Of a stretch of DNA of 64,000 nucleotides, positions 29,484-39,329 are shown in pieces. Numbering within the stretch: position 1 is the first letter of the stretch; every line of letters starts with the position of its first letter. The notes under the pieces were generated by a model that saw only the letters and a list, made by a program, of their open reading frames with translations, did no database searches and was not told the DNA's origin. Source of the stretch: Sphingomonadales bacterium. Lineage in GTDB: Bacteria; Bacteroidota; Bacteroidia; Chitinophagales; Chitinophagaceae. A program made the position numbers and the translations under genes. The stretch spans positions 90 through 64,089 of the forward strand of contig VHAT01000010.1 of assembly GCA_016872195.1 (NCBI GenBank). The letters run 5' to 3'.

Positions 29484-29522
29484 TTGCTACCTTAGTTCCA
29501 ACTTATTTTATAACTATTTATC

Positions 29523-30632
29523 ATGACAATTGGTCTGCTGCGCGAAGCTGTACCCGAAACCCGGGTTTCCCTAACCGACGAAGGAGTCTCTGCCTTAGTC
29601 AAGAAAGGAATAAAGGTCTTGGTAGAACAAGCAGCAGGCAATCTGGCGTTTTGCACAGATGAGGCCTATCGTAAAGCAGGAGCCACTGTGCTCTCGGCTG
29701 CGGAGGTGATGGAGCAGTCTAATGCGCTGCTTTGTATTCATCCTCTCTCGCTATCTATATTGTCAAGTTTAAAGGGTAAAGTATTGATCGGGGCTTATCA
29801 ACCCCTGTATAACCGCGAATGGGCTACTGCCGTTGCCAACAGTGGCGCTACTTGTTTTTCGCTGGATATGTTACCACGCACTACCCGTGCTCAGTCGATG
29901 GATATCCTCAGCTCTCAAGCGAATATTGCCGGATACAAGGCTGTATTGCTAGCGGCTACTACCTACAGTCGTTATTTTCCTATGTTCATGACCGCAGCCG
30001 GAAGTATTGCTCCGGCCAAGGTATTGATCTTGGGCGCGGGGGTGGCCGGATTGCAGGCCATCGCCACTGCCAAGCGATTAGGTGCAGTCATTGAAGTGTT
30101 TGATACGCGTCCGGCCGTAAAAGAAGAAGTGATGAGCTTGGGTGCAAAGTTCGTTGAAGTAGAAGGGGCCGCCGATGCCAGCCAGGCAGGGGGTTATGCC
30201 GTGGAGCAGTCTGCAGCCTACGAACAACGCCAGCGAGAGCGTATCGCCACCGCTGCTGCTAAGGCGGATATTATAATTACTACCGCTCAAATCCCGGGTA
30301 AGAAAGCGCCCACCCTGATCACCGAGCAAATGATCGATGCGCTCCGACCCGGCTCTGTCATCATAGATCTGGCCGCGGCCACCGGCGGCAATACGCCCTT
30401 TACCGAAAATAACCAGACGGTACATCGTAACGGGGTCACCATCATCGGTGATTCGGCTTTGTATTCCCGGATGCCAGCCGATGCCAGTAAATTATATGGA
30501 AAGAATTTGATCAATTTTTTACAATTGCTGCTGAGTAAAGAAGGCCAGTTACAATTGAACTGGAATGATGAGCTGGTCAAGGGATGTTGTATTTCGCACG
30601 AGGGGCAAATCGTACACGAACGCTTAAAATAA
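29523..30632 (+). CDS. pntA: NAD(P) transhydrogenase subunit alpha, part 1 (dI)
   Basis: SQANIAGYKAV, PMFMTAAG, GAGVAGLQA, TTAQIPGKKAP, IDLAAATGGN. Confidence 0.96.
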   Translation: MTIGLLREAVPETRVSLTDEGVSALVKKGIKVLVEQAAGNLAFCTDEAYRKAGATVLSAAEVMEQSNALLCIHPLSLSILSSLKGKVLIGAYQPLYNREWATAVANSGATCFSLDMLPRTTRAQSMDILSSQANIAGYKAVLLAATTYSRYFPMFMTAAGSIAPAKVLILGAGVAGLQAIATAKRLGAVIEVFDTRPAVKEEVMSLGAKFVEVEGAADASQAGGYAVEQSAAYEQRQRERIATAAAKADIIITTAQIPGKKAPTLITEQMIDALRPGSVIIDLAAATGGNTPFTENNQTVHRNGVTIIGDSALYSRMPADASKLYGKNLINFLQLLLSKEGQLQLNWNDELVKGCCISHEGQIVHERLK

Positions 30633-30638
30633 TCAGGT

Positions 30639-30962
30639 ATGACTTCTGTATTTAATTTGATTCATGAGCATCAGGCCATTATTTACATTGTGGTGCTGAT
30701 GATCTTTGTAGGGATAGAAGTGATCGGCAGTGTGCCCAGTGTTTTGCACACGCCTCTAATGAGTGGCGCCAATGCGATCCATGGCGTCGTGATCATTGGA
30801 GCGATCATCGTTATGGGTAAGGCCGAGGCCGATAATTATCTGGCATTGGCCTTGGGTTTTTTGGCGGTGGTATTGGGTACGCTGAATGTAGTGGGTGGAT
30901 TCGTGGTTACCGACCGGATGTTAGAGATGTTTAGCAAAAAGAAAAATCCTCCTAAGCTTTAA
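30639..30962 (+). CDS. NAD(P) transhydrogenase subunit alpha, part 2 (membrane)
   Basis: LHTPLMSGANAIHG, NVVGGFVVTDRML. Confidence 0.96.
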   Translation: MTSVFNLIHEHQAIIYIVVLMIFVGIEVIGSVPSVLHTPLMSGANAIHGVVIIGAIIVMGKAEADNYLALALGFLAVVLGTLNVVGGFVVTDRMLEMFSKKKNPPKL

Positions 30963-30974
30963 AACTTCTTATCT

Positions 30975-32408
30975 GTGGAATTTAATATCCTTTCACTTAT
31001 CTATCTGCTTGCTTCGGTCACTTTTATTGTCGGGCTCAAGATGCTCTCTCACCCCACATCGGCCCGAAAAGGAAATGCGGTGGCCGCTGCAGGGATGACC
31101 CTGGCGATCGTCGGAACTATTTTTTTATATAACGAAGACGGGGAAACCCTCGGTAACTACGGATGGATCTTTGGCGGTCTTGCGATCGGCTCTGTGGTGG
31201 GTACCCTCGCGGCTCGTCGCGTTAAGATGACAGCCATGCCCGAGATGGTAAGTTTATTTAATGGAATGGGTGGAGCCTGCGCTGCTTTGATCAGTATTGT
31301 TGAGTTCGATCATCTCATTCACCAGCCGTCTTTATCGCAAACCTTTCTATTCGCCGGTATCGAATGGCCCAAGGAAGGATTATTATTGATCATCTTGTTG
31401 GGATTGATCATTGGCACTGTTTCTTTTGCAGGCAGCATGGTGGCATGGGGAAAATTAAATGGGTCGCTACGCGATTTTTCTTTTCGTGGTCAACAGGCCT
31501 TCAATATAGGTCTACTGCTTTTGATCTTGGGATTGGCTACGTATATGGTGGTGGCATTGCCCGCAAATGCACAGCTTCTCTTCTATGTAATCTTTGCCCT
31601 ATCGATCTTGTACGGATTATTCTTTGTCTTTCCGATCGGCGGAGCCGATATGCCGGTAGTGATCTCGCTGCTGAACTCCTTTACGGGGGTTGCGGCTGCC
31701 TGTGGTGGATTTTTATACGACAATAAAGTGATGTTGACAGGAGGTATCCTTGTGGGCGCTGCCGGAACCCTTTTGACGATATTGATGTGCAAGGCCATGA
31801 ACCGTTCGTTGACCAATGTATTGATCGGAGCCTTTGGGGGTAATACCGCCGCCGTTGCAGGTGGAATCGCTCAAGGCTCGTACAAAGAGATTTCGCTGTC
31901 TGATGCCGCGGTAGTAATGAGTTATGCTAATAAGGTCATGATCGTGCCGGGATATGGGTTAGCCGTGGCCCAAGCACAGCATGCCTGCCACGAACTTGAG
32001 AAACTACTAGCTGCAAAGGGAGTAAAAGTATCGTACGCGATTCATCCTGTTGCTGGGCGTATGCCTGGTCATATGAACGTTTTATTGGCCGAGGCCGATG
32101 TGTCTTACGAAAAATTGCTCGAGATGGAACAGGCCAATGAGGCCTTTCCCACCACCGATGTGGTCTTGATACTGGGGGCCAATGATGTGGTGAATCCCGC
32201 TGCAAAAAGCGATCCGGCTTCTCCAATTTATGGTATGCCTATTTTGGATGTGGAATTGGCAAAGCATGTGATCGTTAATAAGCGTAGCATGAAACCCGGC
32301 TATGCGGGTATCGAGAACGATCTTTTTTTTAGACCCAAGACCTCGATGTTGTTCGGTGATGCCAAAAAAGTATTGCAAGATCTTATTACCGAAGTAAAGA
32401 ATAGTTAG
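30975..32408 (+). CDS. pntB: NAD(P) transhydrogenase subunit beta
   Basis: MPEMVSLFNGMGG, IGGADMPVVISLLNS, GYGLAVAQAQ, HPVAGRMPGHMNVLLAEA, GANDVVNP. Confidence 0.98.
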   Translation: MEFNILSLIYLLASVTFIVGLKMLSHPTSARKGNAVAAAGMTLAIVGTIFLYNEDGETLGNYGWIFGGLAIGSVVGTLAARRVKMTAMPEMVSLFNGMGGACAALISIVEFDHLIHQPSLSQTFLFAGIEWPKEGLLLIILLGLIIGTVSFAGSMVAWGKLNGSLRDFSFRGQQAFNIGLLLLILGLATYMVVALPANAQLLFYVIFALSILYGLFFVFPIGGADMPVVISLLNSFTGVAAACGGFLYDNKVMLTGGILVGAAGTLLTILMCKAMNRSLTNVLIGAFGGNTAAVAGGIAQGSYKEISLSDAAVVMSYANKVMIVPGYGLAVAQAQHACHELEKLLAAKGVKVSYAIHPVAGRMPGHMNVLLAEADVSYEKLLEMEQANEAFPTTDVVLILGANDVVNPAAKSDPASPIYGMPILDVELAKHVIVNKRSMKPGYAGIENDLFFRPKTSMLFGDAKKVLQDLITEVKNS

Positions 32409-33760
32409 TGGGGCTTCCAGCAGCGTTACTCGATCAACTCTCTGGCACGGTTGGCTTTGACCGGGATGCTTTTTTGCAATCTCATCAAGACGCAACGCTT
32501 CCAACTTCTATTCGCCTAAATCCGACCAAGTTGCCCTCGCTTCCATATGCTACGCAACCGATAGGTTGGGCTAATCATGGATATTATTTATCAGAGCGGC
32601 CTTCGTTTACATTCGACCCCTTGTTTCATGCCGGCACCTACTATGTGCAAGAGGCCAGCAGTATGTTACTGGAACAGGCCGTCAAGCAGTTCTTGCCAAA
32701 AGATCGGCCTTTACGGGTATTGGACCTTTGTGCCGCCCCCGGGGGTAAAGCAACTCATCTTTATTCGCTGTTGCCTCCCAATAGTTTTTTGGTCGCAAAC
32801 GAAGTGATCCGCTCCCGGGCCCTTGTGTTGCGCGATAACCTGATCCGTTGGGGCGTTCAAAAGGCCCTGGTTACGCAAAACGATCCGGAGCAATTTTCTG
32901 CCCTCGAGAATTACTTTGATTGGGTAACAGTAGACGCTCCTTGTAGCGGCAGTGGGTTATTTCGTAAAGATCCTGATGCTATTGCCCATTGGAGTCCGGG
33001 TGCCGTTCAACATTGTTCCTTGCGCCAGCAACGTATTGTATCGGCGGCCTGGCAAACATTACGACCAGGAGGAATTTTATTTTATTCTACCTGCTCCTAT
33101 TCGACACAAGAGAACGAAGACATATCGACCAGGTTGATCCAAGAGAAAGGGGCGCGACCGCTTTTATTGTCCCTGCAACCAGCATGGAACATAACGCCTT
33201 CATCGCCGGGTTATCGTTGTTGGCCCGATAAAGCAAAAGGGGAAGGATTCTATTTTTGTTGTTTGCAAAAGCCAGTAGAGGGTGAGGTGGCTATGGTGGC
33301 CAAAAAGGTTCGAACGGAAAAAACACTTAGTAAAAAAGAAGTGGCAATTGTACGCGAATGGATCAAAGAGGAGGATGATCTTTATTTTCAAACCCAGCGT
33401 TCTATTTATGGGTGGCCTCGTCTATGTTGGGACGAGTGGCACCAACTGATCAAAGTTTTGAATGTGATCTATTCCGGTTTCCGTGTCGGGCAGATCATGG
33501 GCGACAAGCTGGTACCCGATCATGCCCTGGCCCTTAGTCAACGCTTGCATCAAGGGATTCCCCTGGTCTCGCTGACGGTCGAAGAGGCCATTCTCTATTT
33601 ACAGAGAAAGCCCTTGTCGTTGGCCGAACGGGTAGAAAAGGGTTGGTGCATCGCGGCCTACCAACAACATCCTCTGGGCTGGATCAATATTCTCTCCAGT
33701 CGAGTCAATAATTATTATCCCAAAGAGCTCCGTATTCTCAAAGAAAGTCTGACTGATTAA
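32408..33760 (+). CDS. RsmB/NOP-family rRNA m5C methyltransferase (RsmF-like)
   Basis: YVQEASSM, DLCAAPGGK, DAPCSGSG, YSTCS and C-terminal RsmF-type domain (NNYYPK). GTG start overlaps the pntB stop. Confidence 0.9.
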   Translation: MGLPAALLDQLSGTVGFDRDAFLQSHQDATLPTSIRLNPTKLPSLPYATQPIGWANHGYYLSERPSFTFDPLFHAGTYYVQEASSMLLEQAVKQFLPKDRPLRVLDLCAAPGGKATHLYSLLPPNSFLVANEVIRSRALVLRDNLIRWGVQKALVTQNDPEQFSALENYFDWVTVDAPCSGSGLFRKDPDAIAHWSPGAVQHCSLRQQRIVSAAWQTLRPGGILFYSTCSYSTQENEDISTRLIQEKGARPLLLSLQPAWNITPSSPGYRCWPDKAKGEGFYFCCLQKPVEGEVAMVAKKVRTEKTLSKKEVAIVREWIKEEDDLYFQTQRSIYGWPRLCWDEWHQLIKVLNVIYSGFRVGQIMGDKLVPDHALALSQRLHQGIPLVSLTVEEAILYLQRKPLSLAERVEKGWCIAAYQQHPLGWINILSSRVNNYYPKELRILKESLTD

Positions 33761-33780
33761 AATTTCAGATCTTTACAGGC

Positions 33781-34266
33781 ATGATGATCATTCGTCCCTT
33801 GGTATTTTCTTTGTTGTGGCTGCTTTGCTCCTCAGCGTGGGCGCAGACAAATGCAAAAGGGTCGATGGAGCGAACTTCACCTCGTACCGAGGTACGCGAT
33901 GAGACGCTCTATCGCTTTTTGTTAAGAGGGCAGGGATACTTTAAAAATGCATTTGAGGAATCGCTTGATGCCTCCGCACCTATGCAGCAGTTGGTCAAGG
34001 CCACTGTCTTTAAAACGCAAAGTGGCTATTCCGATCAAAAGTTTTATGTGTTGACCAACCTGGCCCCGGTAGGTTCCTTCGTGTATTTATATGCCGATGC
34101 GCAAAGTCGTGGGGTGTATGCCAAGGTGATCGGCCCATTGCATGATATTCGGCTTAATGTACCTTTTGACCTTCGGGTCAGTGCAGCAGCCTTGCCCATA
34201 TTGGGCATTAATGAGACGGGAACTTTTTCACTCACTCTTTATTATTGGCCTTCTTCGAACCGGTAG
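33781..34266 (+). CDS. Exported hypothetical protein, possible double-psi beta-barrel (RlpA-like) domain
   Basis: Signal peptide ...SSAWA|Q. KFYVLTNLAPVGSFV...VYAKVIGPL...LRVSAAA resembles the C-terminal DPBB-like domain of Bacteroidota LysM proteins (recalled from memory). Confidence 0.5.
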   Translation: MMIIRPLVFSLLWLLCSSAWAQTNAKGSMERTSPRTEVRDETLYRFLLRGQGYFKNAFEESLDASAPMQQLVKATVFKTQSGYSDQKFYVLTNLAPVGSFVYLYADAQSRGVYAKVIGPLHDIRLNVPFDLRVSAAALPILGINETGTFSLTLYYWPSSNR

Positions 34267-35192
34267 CCCTTCAGGAATTCGGAAACAGCCATGCGTTTTT
34301 TTCCTTCAAGTTGAAGGAACAGCACTTCGATCGATCCATCTCCACAGCCAAAAAACAAATAAGATCTTCCATCGGTATCTACTTGGCCGGGGCGCAAGTT
34401 TCGATTATTCATATGGGGTTTGGTCCCAATGATCTTGAGCAGCTTGCCATGTAAGGTGGTATAGGCACAGGGAGCTGGGCTAAGCCCACGCACCAGGTTG
34501 TGGATGGCCGCAGCGGACTGTTGCCAATCGATCAGTCCGGTCTCCCTGCTCAGCTTGGGGGCATGGCGAAGTACTTTACTATCGAAATTGATATTGGACT
34601 GGGGTATCGGAACGATCTTTTGCTCTATCCAGTTTTTTACAGTTTCTACCAGTAAAGAGGCGCCGATCTCTTTCATCTTGTCGTGTAATTCTCCGGCCGT
34701 TTCATCGGGCCCTATGGGAATGGATTTTTTTTCTAAGATCGCGCCGGTATCAATTTCGTGTTGTAATAAAAAAGTGGTGACACCGGTTTCGGTATTCCCA
34801 TCGATGATAGCCCAGTTAATGGGGGCTGCCCCCCGATAAGCAGGAAGCATCGATCCGTGCAAATTGATAGTGCCCAAGCGGGGGCGATTCCATACTACTT
34901 CCGGAAGCATTCTAAAGGCCACTACTACTTGTAGATCGGCTTTCCATTGATCTAACGCTTCCAAAAAAGAGGGGTCCTTTAGTTTGATGGGTTGCAAGAG
35001 CGGAATGCTATGGGCCAAGGCATATTCCTTTACGGGGGAGGGTTGCAGTTGCAGTCCTCTTCCGGCGGGTTTGTCGGGGGCGGTAATAACGCCCACAACC
35101 GTACAGCCCGCTTGAACAAGGGCATCGAGACTTGCTACAGCAAAGGCAGGGGTGCCCATAAAAACAATACGCACCGATCGATAATCTTGCAT
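34242..35192 (-). CDS. fmt: Methionyl-tRNA formyltransferase
   Basis: IVFMGTPAFA, PDKPAGRG, VVAF, NLHGSMLPAYRGAAPI, IDTG, HAPKL. Confidence 0.98.
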   Translation of the reverse strand: MQDYRSVRIVFMGTPAFAVASLDALVQAGCTVVGVITAPDKPAGRGLQLQPSPVKEYALAHSIPLLQPIKLKDPSFLEALDQWKADLQVVVAFRMLPEVVWNRPRLGTINLHGSMLPAYRGAAPINWAIIDGNTETGVTTFLLQHEIDTGAILEKKSIPIGPDETAGELHDKMKEIGASLLVETVKNWIEQKIVPIPQSNINFDSKVLRHAPKLSRETGLIDWQQSAAAIHNLVRGLSPAPCAYTTLHGKLLKIIGTKPHMNNRNLRPGQVDTDGRSYLFFGCGDGSIEVLFLQLEGKKRMAVSEFLKGYRFEEGQ

Positions 35193-35227
35193 GGTTGCGA
35201 ATGTAACAAAAAGCCAGGGCTCAATCG

Positions 35228-36499
35228 CTATTCAAAGTCCTCGTAAAGCAGGTACTTTTTACGCATCAACTTGTACTGACTTAATGCGGGCTCCCAACTT
35301 TTTTTTATTTCTTCTTCGGATAGTCCATCGCGTACCTGTTGCCACAGGTCGTTGTTGCCGGCCAGTTTATTAAAGAAAGAGGCCTTGATGTCGCCCGATT
35401 TAGGAAGTAGAAAAAAGCTGTCTTTTTCTGGAAACAAACGGTAGGATTCCAGAAGCCATTTCAACTGGATCTGCCCCTTGGTCATGGCCAGTATCTCTTG
35501 GGGGGTGCCGCTTAGTTCCCACCCGTAACATTGTTTTCCATAATGCTTTGAACTTTTGGCTCCGGCATTGGGTTGCGGGGTAAAAGCCGCCATGGAGGCG
35601 GGTAGTAAAGGATGCCCAAAAAGCATAAAGGGTTTGTTGGTTCCCCGCCCTTCACTGAGATCGGTCCCTTCAAAAAAACAGGTAGAAGGGTAGAGGTAGA
35701 TAGTTTGAATATCAGGAAGATTTGGAGAGGGTTTTATGGGAGGCACATAGAGTGAACGATGTGTGTAATTGGCACATTTGACAACCGTTAGTCCAAATCC
35801 TCCTTGCACATTTCGCTCATATTTGGGCGGAGCACTTCCTTGTATCCACCCTTCTCCCAAGAGCATGCCGGCATATTCTCCAATGGTAAGTCCATAGACA
35901 ATGGGAATGGGTTGTCTTCCTATAAAGGAGCGATAGGTTGTGTCCAGTACCGGGCCATCTACATAAAATCCGTTCGGGTTTGGTCTGTCCAACACGATCA
36001 ATGGTTTATTGAACTCCTTGGCCGATTGAATGTAGGCTTCCAGCGAAGAGATAAAGGTGTAGAAGCGCACGCCCACATCTTGAATGTCGAAGATCATCAC
36101 ATCGATCTCTTGAAGGTCTTTTTCGTCAGGCCGACGTTTAGCACCGTAGAGAGATATGACCGGGATCCCGGTTCTTTTATCAATGTAGTTTCCAACTTTT
36201 TCGCCAGCATCTGCATCGCCCCTGAATCCATGCTCGGGACCAAAAATAACCCGGATATCAACCCCTAATTTCTGTAAGCTGTCTACCAGGTGAGAGGGGC
36301 CGATCACCGATGTTTGATTGGCGAAAACGGCAACTCTTTTTCCCAGTAACAGATCCAGGTAGTTCTTAAGCTGCTCTGCGCCTGGCTGTATAACGGGAAT
36401 AAGGGTTCGATCGGCCTGTTGAGCTGTTACTTGTTTTTGTTGAGCGCTTACCGTAATGGCAAGAAAACAAGACAAGAAAAAAAGAATGCCGCTTTTCAT
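35228..36499 (-). CDS. Exo-beta-N-acetylmuramidase NamZ (DUF1343) family, exported
   Basis: ANQTS, FGPEHGFRG, SLYG, FDIQDVGVRFYTFI, DRPNPNG, PSPNLP, SEGRGT. Signal peptide from ATG 36499. Confidence 0.9.
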   Translation of the reverse strand: MKSGILFFLSCFLAITVSAQQKQVTAQQADRTLIPVIQPGAEQLKNYLDLLLGKRVAVFANQTSVIGPSHLVDSLQKLGVDIRVIFGPEHGFRGDADAGEKVGNYIDKRTGIPVISLYGAKRRPDEKDLQEIDVMIFDIQDVGVRFYTFISSLEAYIQSAKEFNKPLIVLDRPNPNGFYVDGPVLDTTYRSFIGRQPIPIVYGLTIGEYAGMLLGEGWIQGSAPPKYERNVQGGFGLTVVKCANYTHRSLYVPPIKPSPNLPDIQTIYLYPSTCFFEGTDLSEGRGTNKPFMLFGHPLLPASMAAFTPQPNAGAKSSKHYGKQCYGWELSGTPQEILAMTKGQIQLKWLLESYRLFPEKDSFFLLPKSGDIKASFFNKLAGNNDLWQQVRDGLSEEEIKKSWEPALSQYKLMRKKYLLYEDFE

Positions 36500-36609
36500 T
36501 GTTTCAATTAGGTTGATGCAGTTTAAAATTAAGCAATCGCATTTTGGCAAAAAAAATAAATCGGGCTGCCTCATTATGGTTACCTTGCAGCTTAAATAAG
36601 TACAGTATT

Positions 36610-37065
36610 ATGTCTACGGTAAAAAGTGGTGATAAGATAAAGGTTCATTATCATGGCAAGCTCGTTTCGGGCGAGACATTCGACTCCTCGGCTGGTCGTG
36701 AGCCCCTTGCTTTTGAGGTGGGTAGTGGCGCGGTCATAAAAGGATTTGATGATGGCGTAACGGGTATGGCCGTGGGAGAAAAGAGGACCATTCAAATTCC
36801 TTTTATGGAAGCCTATGGTCCCCACAGCCCCGAAATGGTCATCGAAATGCCCAAAGAGCGTTTTCCTGCCGACATGGAAATTACGGTCGGGATGCCCCTG
36901 CAAATGAATGATGGACAGGGTCGCCAATTTCAGGTTACCGTTACCGAGATCAAGGAAAGTGTCGTGCTATTAGATGCCAATCATCCATTAGCGGGAAAAG
37001 ACCTGATCTTTGATCTGGAATTGGTCTCTATCGATGGAGCTAGTCCACTGATCATTCTTCCTTAA
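36610..37065 (+). CDS. FKBP-type peptidyl-prolyl isomerase, SlyD-like (IF domain, no His-rich tail)
   Basis: VHYHG, FDSS, VIKGFDDG, EAYG, DANHPLAGKDLIF. Confidence 0.92.
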   Translation: MSTVKSGDKIKVHYHGKLVSGETFDSSAGREPLAFEVGSGAVIKGFDDGVTGMAVGEKRTIQIPFMEAYGPHSPEMVIEMPKERFPADMEITVGMPLQMNDGQGRQFQVTVTEIKESVVLLDANHPLAGKDLIFDLELVSIDGASPLIILP

Positions 37066-37073
37066 ATTTTCTC

Positions 37074-38321
37074 ATGTTCGAAGGGTATGCTTACACGGTT
37101 GAACAGCGTTTTTTGCGTTATGTTCAATGCGACACGCAGAGCGATCCTGCGTCTACTACTTTTCCCAGTACACCGGGGCAGAAGAAGTTGGCAGCCCTGC
37201 TGGTAGAGGAGTTGCATCAAATGGGTGTTCTTGATGCCCATATGGACGAATGGGGTTATGTGTATGCCACCATCGAACCCACTACATCAGCGCCCCTTCC
37301 TGTAATCTGTTTTTGTGCCCATATGGATACGGCCCCCGATTGTAGCGGTGCCGGTGTAAAGCCAATAGTACATCGTCATTACCAGGGCCAGGCGCTTGTA
37401 TTACCAGATGACCCAACACAGGTAATTCGCGAAGAGGATCATCCTTATTTACGAAACAAACACGGGCATGATATTATTACCGCCTCGGGTACTACCTTGT
37501 TAGGGGCGGATGATAAGGCCGGAGTAGCCATCATCATGGACCTGGCTCATTTTTTGGTTACTCATCGGGATATAGCGCACGGAAAGATTCGTCTCTTGTT
37601 TACACCCGACGAGGAGATCGGAAAAGGAACAAATCATGTTGATCTGCAAAAACTCGGCGCCGATTTTGGGTATACGCTCGACGGCGGAGAACTGGGATCT
37701 CTCGAAGACGAGACCTTTTGTGCCGACGAAATAAAGATTACCCTGCAGGGAGTGATCGTTCATCCAGGCTATGCCAAGGATAAGCTGGTCAATGCGCTCA
37801 AGATAGCAGGGGCTTTACTGGCCACCCTTCCTGCCAATGGCTTATCTCCCGAAACCACGGCCGGCAGAGAGGGTTTTATTCATCCCGTTAGTATGTCTGG
37901 TTTGGCCGAGGAATGCACTTTGCATTTTTTGATCCGTGATTTTACGATCCAGGGACTGCACGAGAAAGAAGAGATACTCCGAGGACTGGTACAAGAGGTG
38001 ATCAGTAGGTATCCGGGTGCCTGTTATGCGTGGGCCAAGACCGAACAGTACCGGAACATGAAAGAAGTACTCGATCGTCATCCACATGTGGTAGCGCTGG
38101 CCAGGGAAGCCCTGCAGCGCGCGGGTCTATCTCTTCAACAAGAGAGTATCAGGGGTGGTACCGACGGAAGCCGACTTTCTTTTATGGGGCTGCCCTGTCC
38201 GAATCTTTTCGCCGGCCAGCAGTTGATCCACTCCAAACGCGAATTTGTGTCGGTACAAGACATGCAAAAAGCTGTGGAGGTATTGGTGCATCTACTCTGC
38301 ATTTGTAGGGAGAGGAATTAG
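37074..38321 (+). CDS. pepT: Peptidase T (tripeptide aminopeptidase, M20B)
   Basis: AHMDT, GTTLLGADDKAG, FTPDEEIG, YTLDG, IRGGTDG, GLPCPNLF. Confidence 0.95.
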   Translation: MFEGYAYTVEQRFLRYVQCDTQSDPASTTFPSTPGQKKLAALLVEELHQMGVLDAHMDEWGYVYATIEPTTSAPLPVICFCAHMDTAPDCSGAGVKPIVHRHYQGQALVLPDDPTQVIREEDHPYLRNKHGHDIITASGTTLLGADDKAGVAIIMDLAHFLVTHRDIAHGKIRLLFTPDEEIGKGTNHVDLQKLGADFGYTLDGGELGSLEDETFCADEIKITLQGVIVHPGYAKDKLVNALKIAGALLATLPANGLSPETTAGREGFIHPVSMSGLAEECTLHFLIRDFTIQGLHEKEEILRGLVQEVISRYPGACYAWAKTEQYRNMKEVLDRHPHVVALAREALQRAGLSLQQESIRGGTDGSRLSFMGLPCPNLFAGQQLIHSKREFVSVQDMQKAVEVLVHLLCICRERN

Positions 38322-38345
38322 TCGTAACTTGTAAAAAAATTACCT

Positions 38346-39284
38346 ATGGAATCAGTTGCCTTTCTTATTCCCTGGATCCTACTGCTTGGGATCGTGATGT
38401 CTGGACTTTTCACCATCAATCAAGGGTATATTGGTGTTATCACCATGTTTGGAAAATATCGCCGGGTGGTAAGACCAGGATTAAATTTTAAGATTCCTTT
38501 TTTTGAGACCGTCTTTAAGAGGGTTTCTGTACAAAATCGCTCCGTAGAGTTGGAGTTTCAAGCGGTTACACAAGATCAGGCCAATGTCTATTTTAAAAGC
38601 ATGTTATTGTACTCTGTGCAAAATGCCGATGAGGAGACAATAAAAAAGGTGGCCTTTAAGTTTATTACCGACAAAGACTTGATGCAAGCCTTGGTGCGTA
38701 CGATCGAGGGTAATATTCGTTCTTTTGTCGCTACCAAAAAGCAAGCTGAGGTGTTGGGACTGCGTCGTGAGATCGTTCAGTATGTGAAAGTGGAGGTAGA
38801 TCATTCGCTCGAGGAGTGGGGTTATCACTTGCAAGATTTGCAGATCAACGATATTACATTCGATAAACTTATTCTGGATTCAATGAGCAAGGTGGTGGCT
38901 TCCAATAACCTCAAGGCTGCGGCCGAAAATGAAGGGCAAGCTTTGCTGATCACCAAGACAAAAGCGGCCGAGGCCGATGGTAACGCTATTAAAATATCCG
39001 CTGAAGCCGAGAAAGAAGCGGCCCGTTTACGTGGTCAGGGTGTGGCCCTGTTTAGAAAAGAGGTAGCTGCCGGTATGACGGAAGCTGCGGAGCAAATGAA
39101 GCAAGCTAATTTGGATACCAATGTTATTTTATTCAGTATGTGGACAGAGGCGATCAAGAATTTTGCTGAATATGGAAAAGGAAATGTGATCTTCCTCGAC
39201 GGAAGTGCCGAAGGTATGGAGCAGACCATGAAGCAGATCCAGGCGCTGATGTTCAAATCATCCGGTACTATTTCTAAGGAGTAG
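38346..39284 (+). CDS. SPFH/band 7 domain membrane protein
   Basis: N-terminal TM, FGKYRRVVRPGL, VTQDQANV, coiled-coil AENEG...AEAEKEAARLRGQG. Confidence 0.92.
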   Translation: MESVAFLIPWILLLGIVMSGLFTINQGYIGVITMFGKYRRVVRPGLNFKIPFFETVFKRVSVQNRSVELEFQAVTQDQANVYFKSMLLYSVQNADEETIKKVAFKFITDKDLMQALVRTIEGNIRSFVATKKQAEVLGLRREIVQYVKVEVDHSLEEWGYHLQDLQINDITFDKLILDSMSKVVASNNLKAAAENEGQALLITKTKAAEADGNAIKISAEAEKEAARLRGQGVALFRKEVAAGMTEAAEQMKQANLDTNVILFSMWTEAIKNFAEYGKGNVIFLDGSAEGMEQTMKQIQALMFKSSGTISKE

Positions 39285-39329
39285 GAACTTTTTTTAATTT
39301 GAATCAACCTATTTAACAGCACAACAGGC

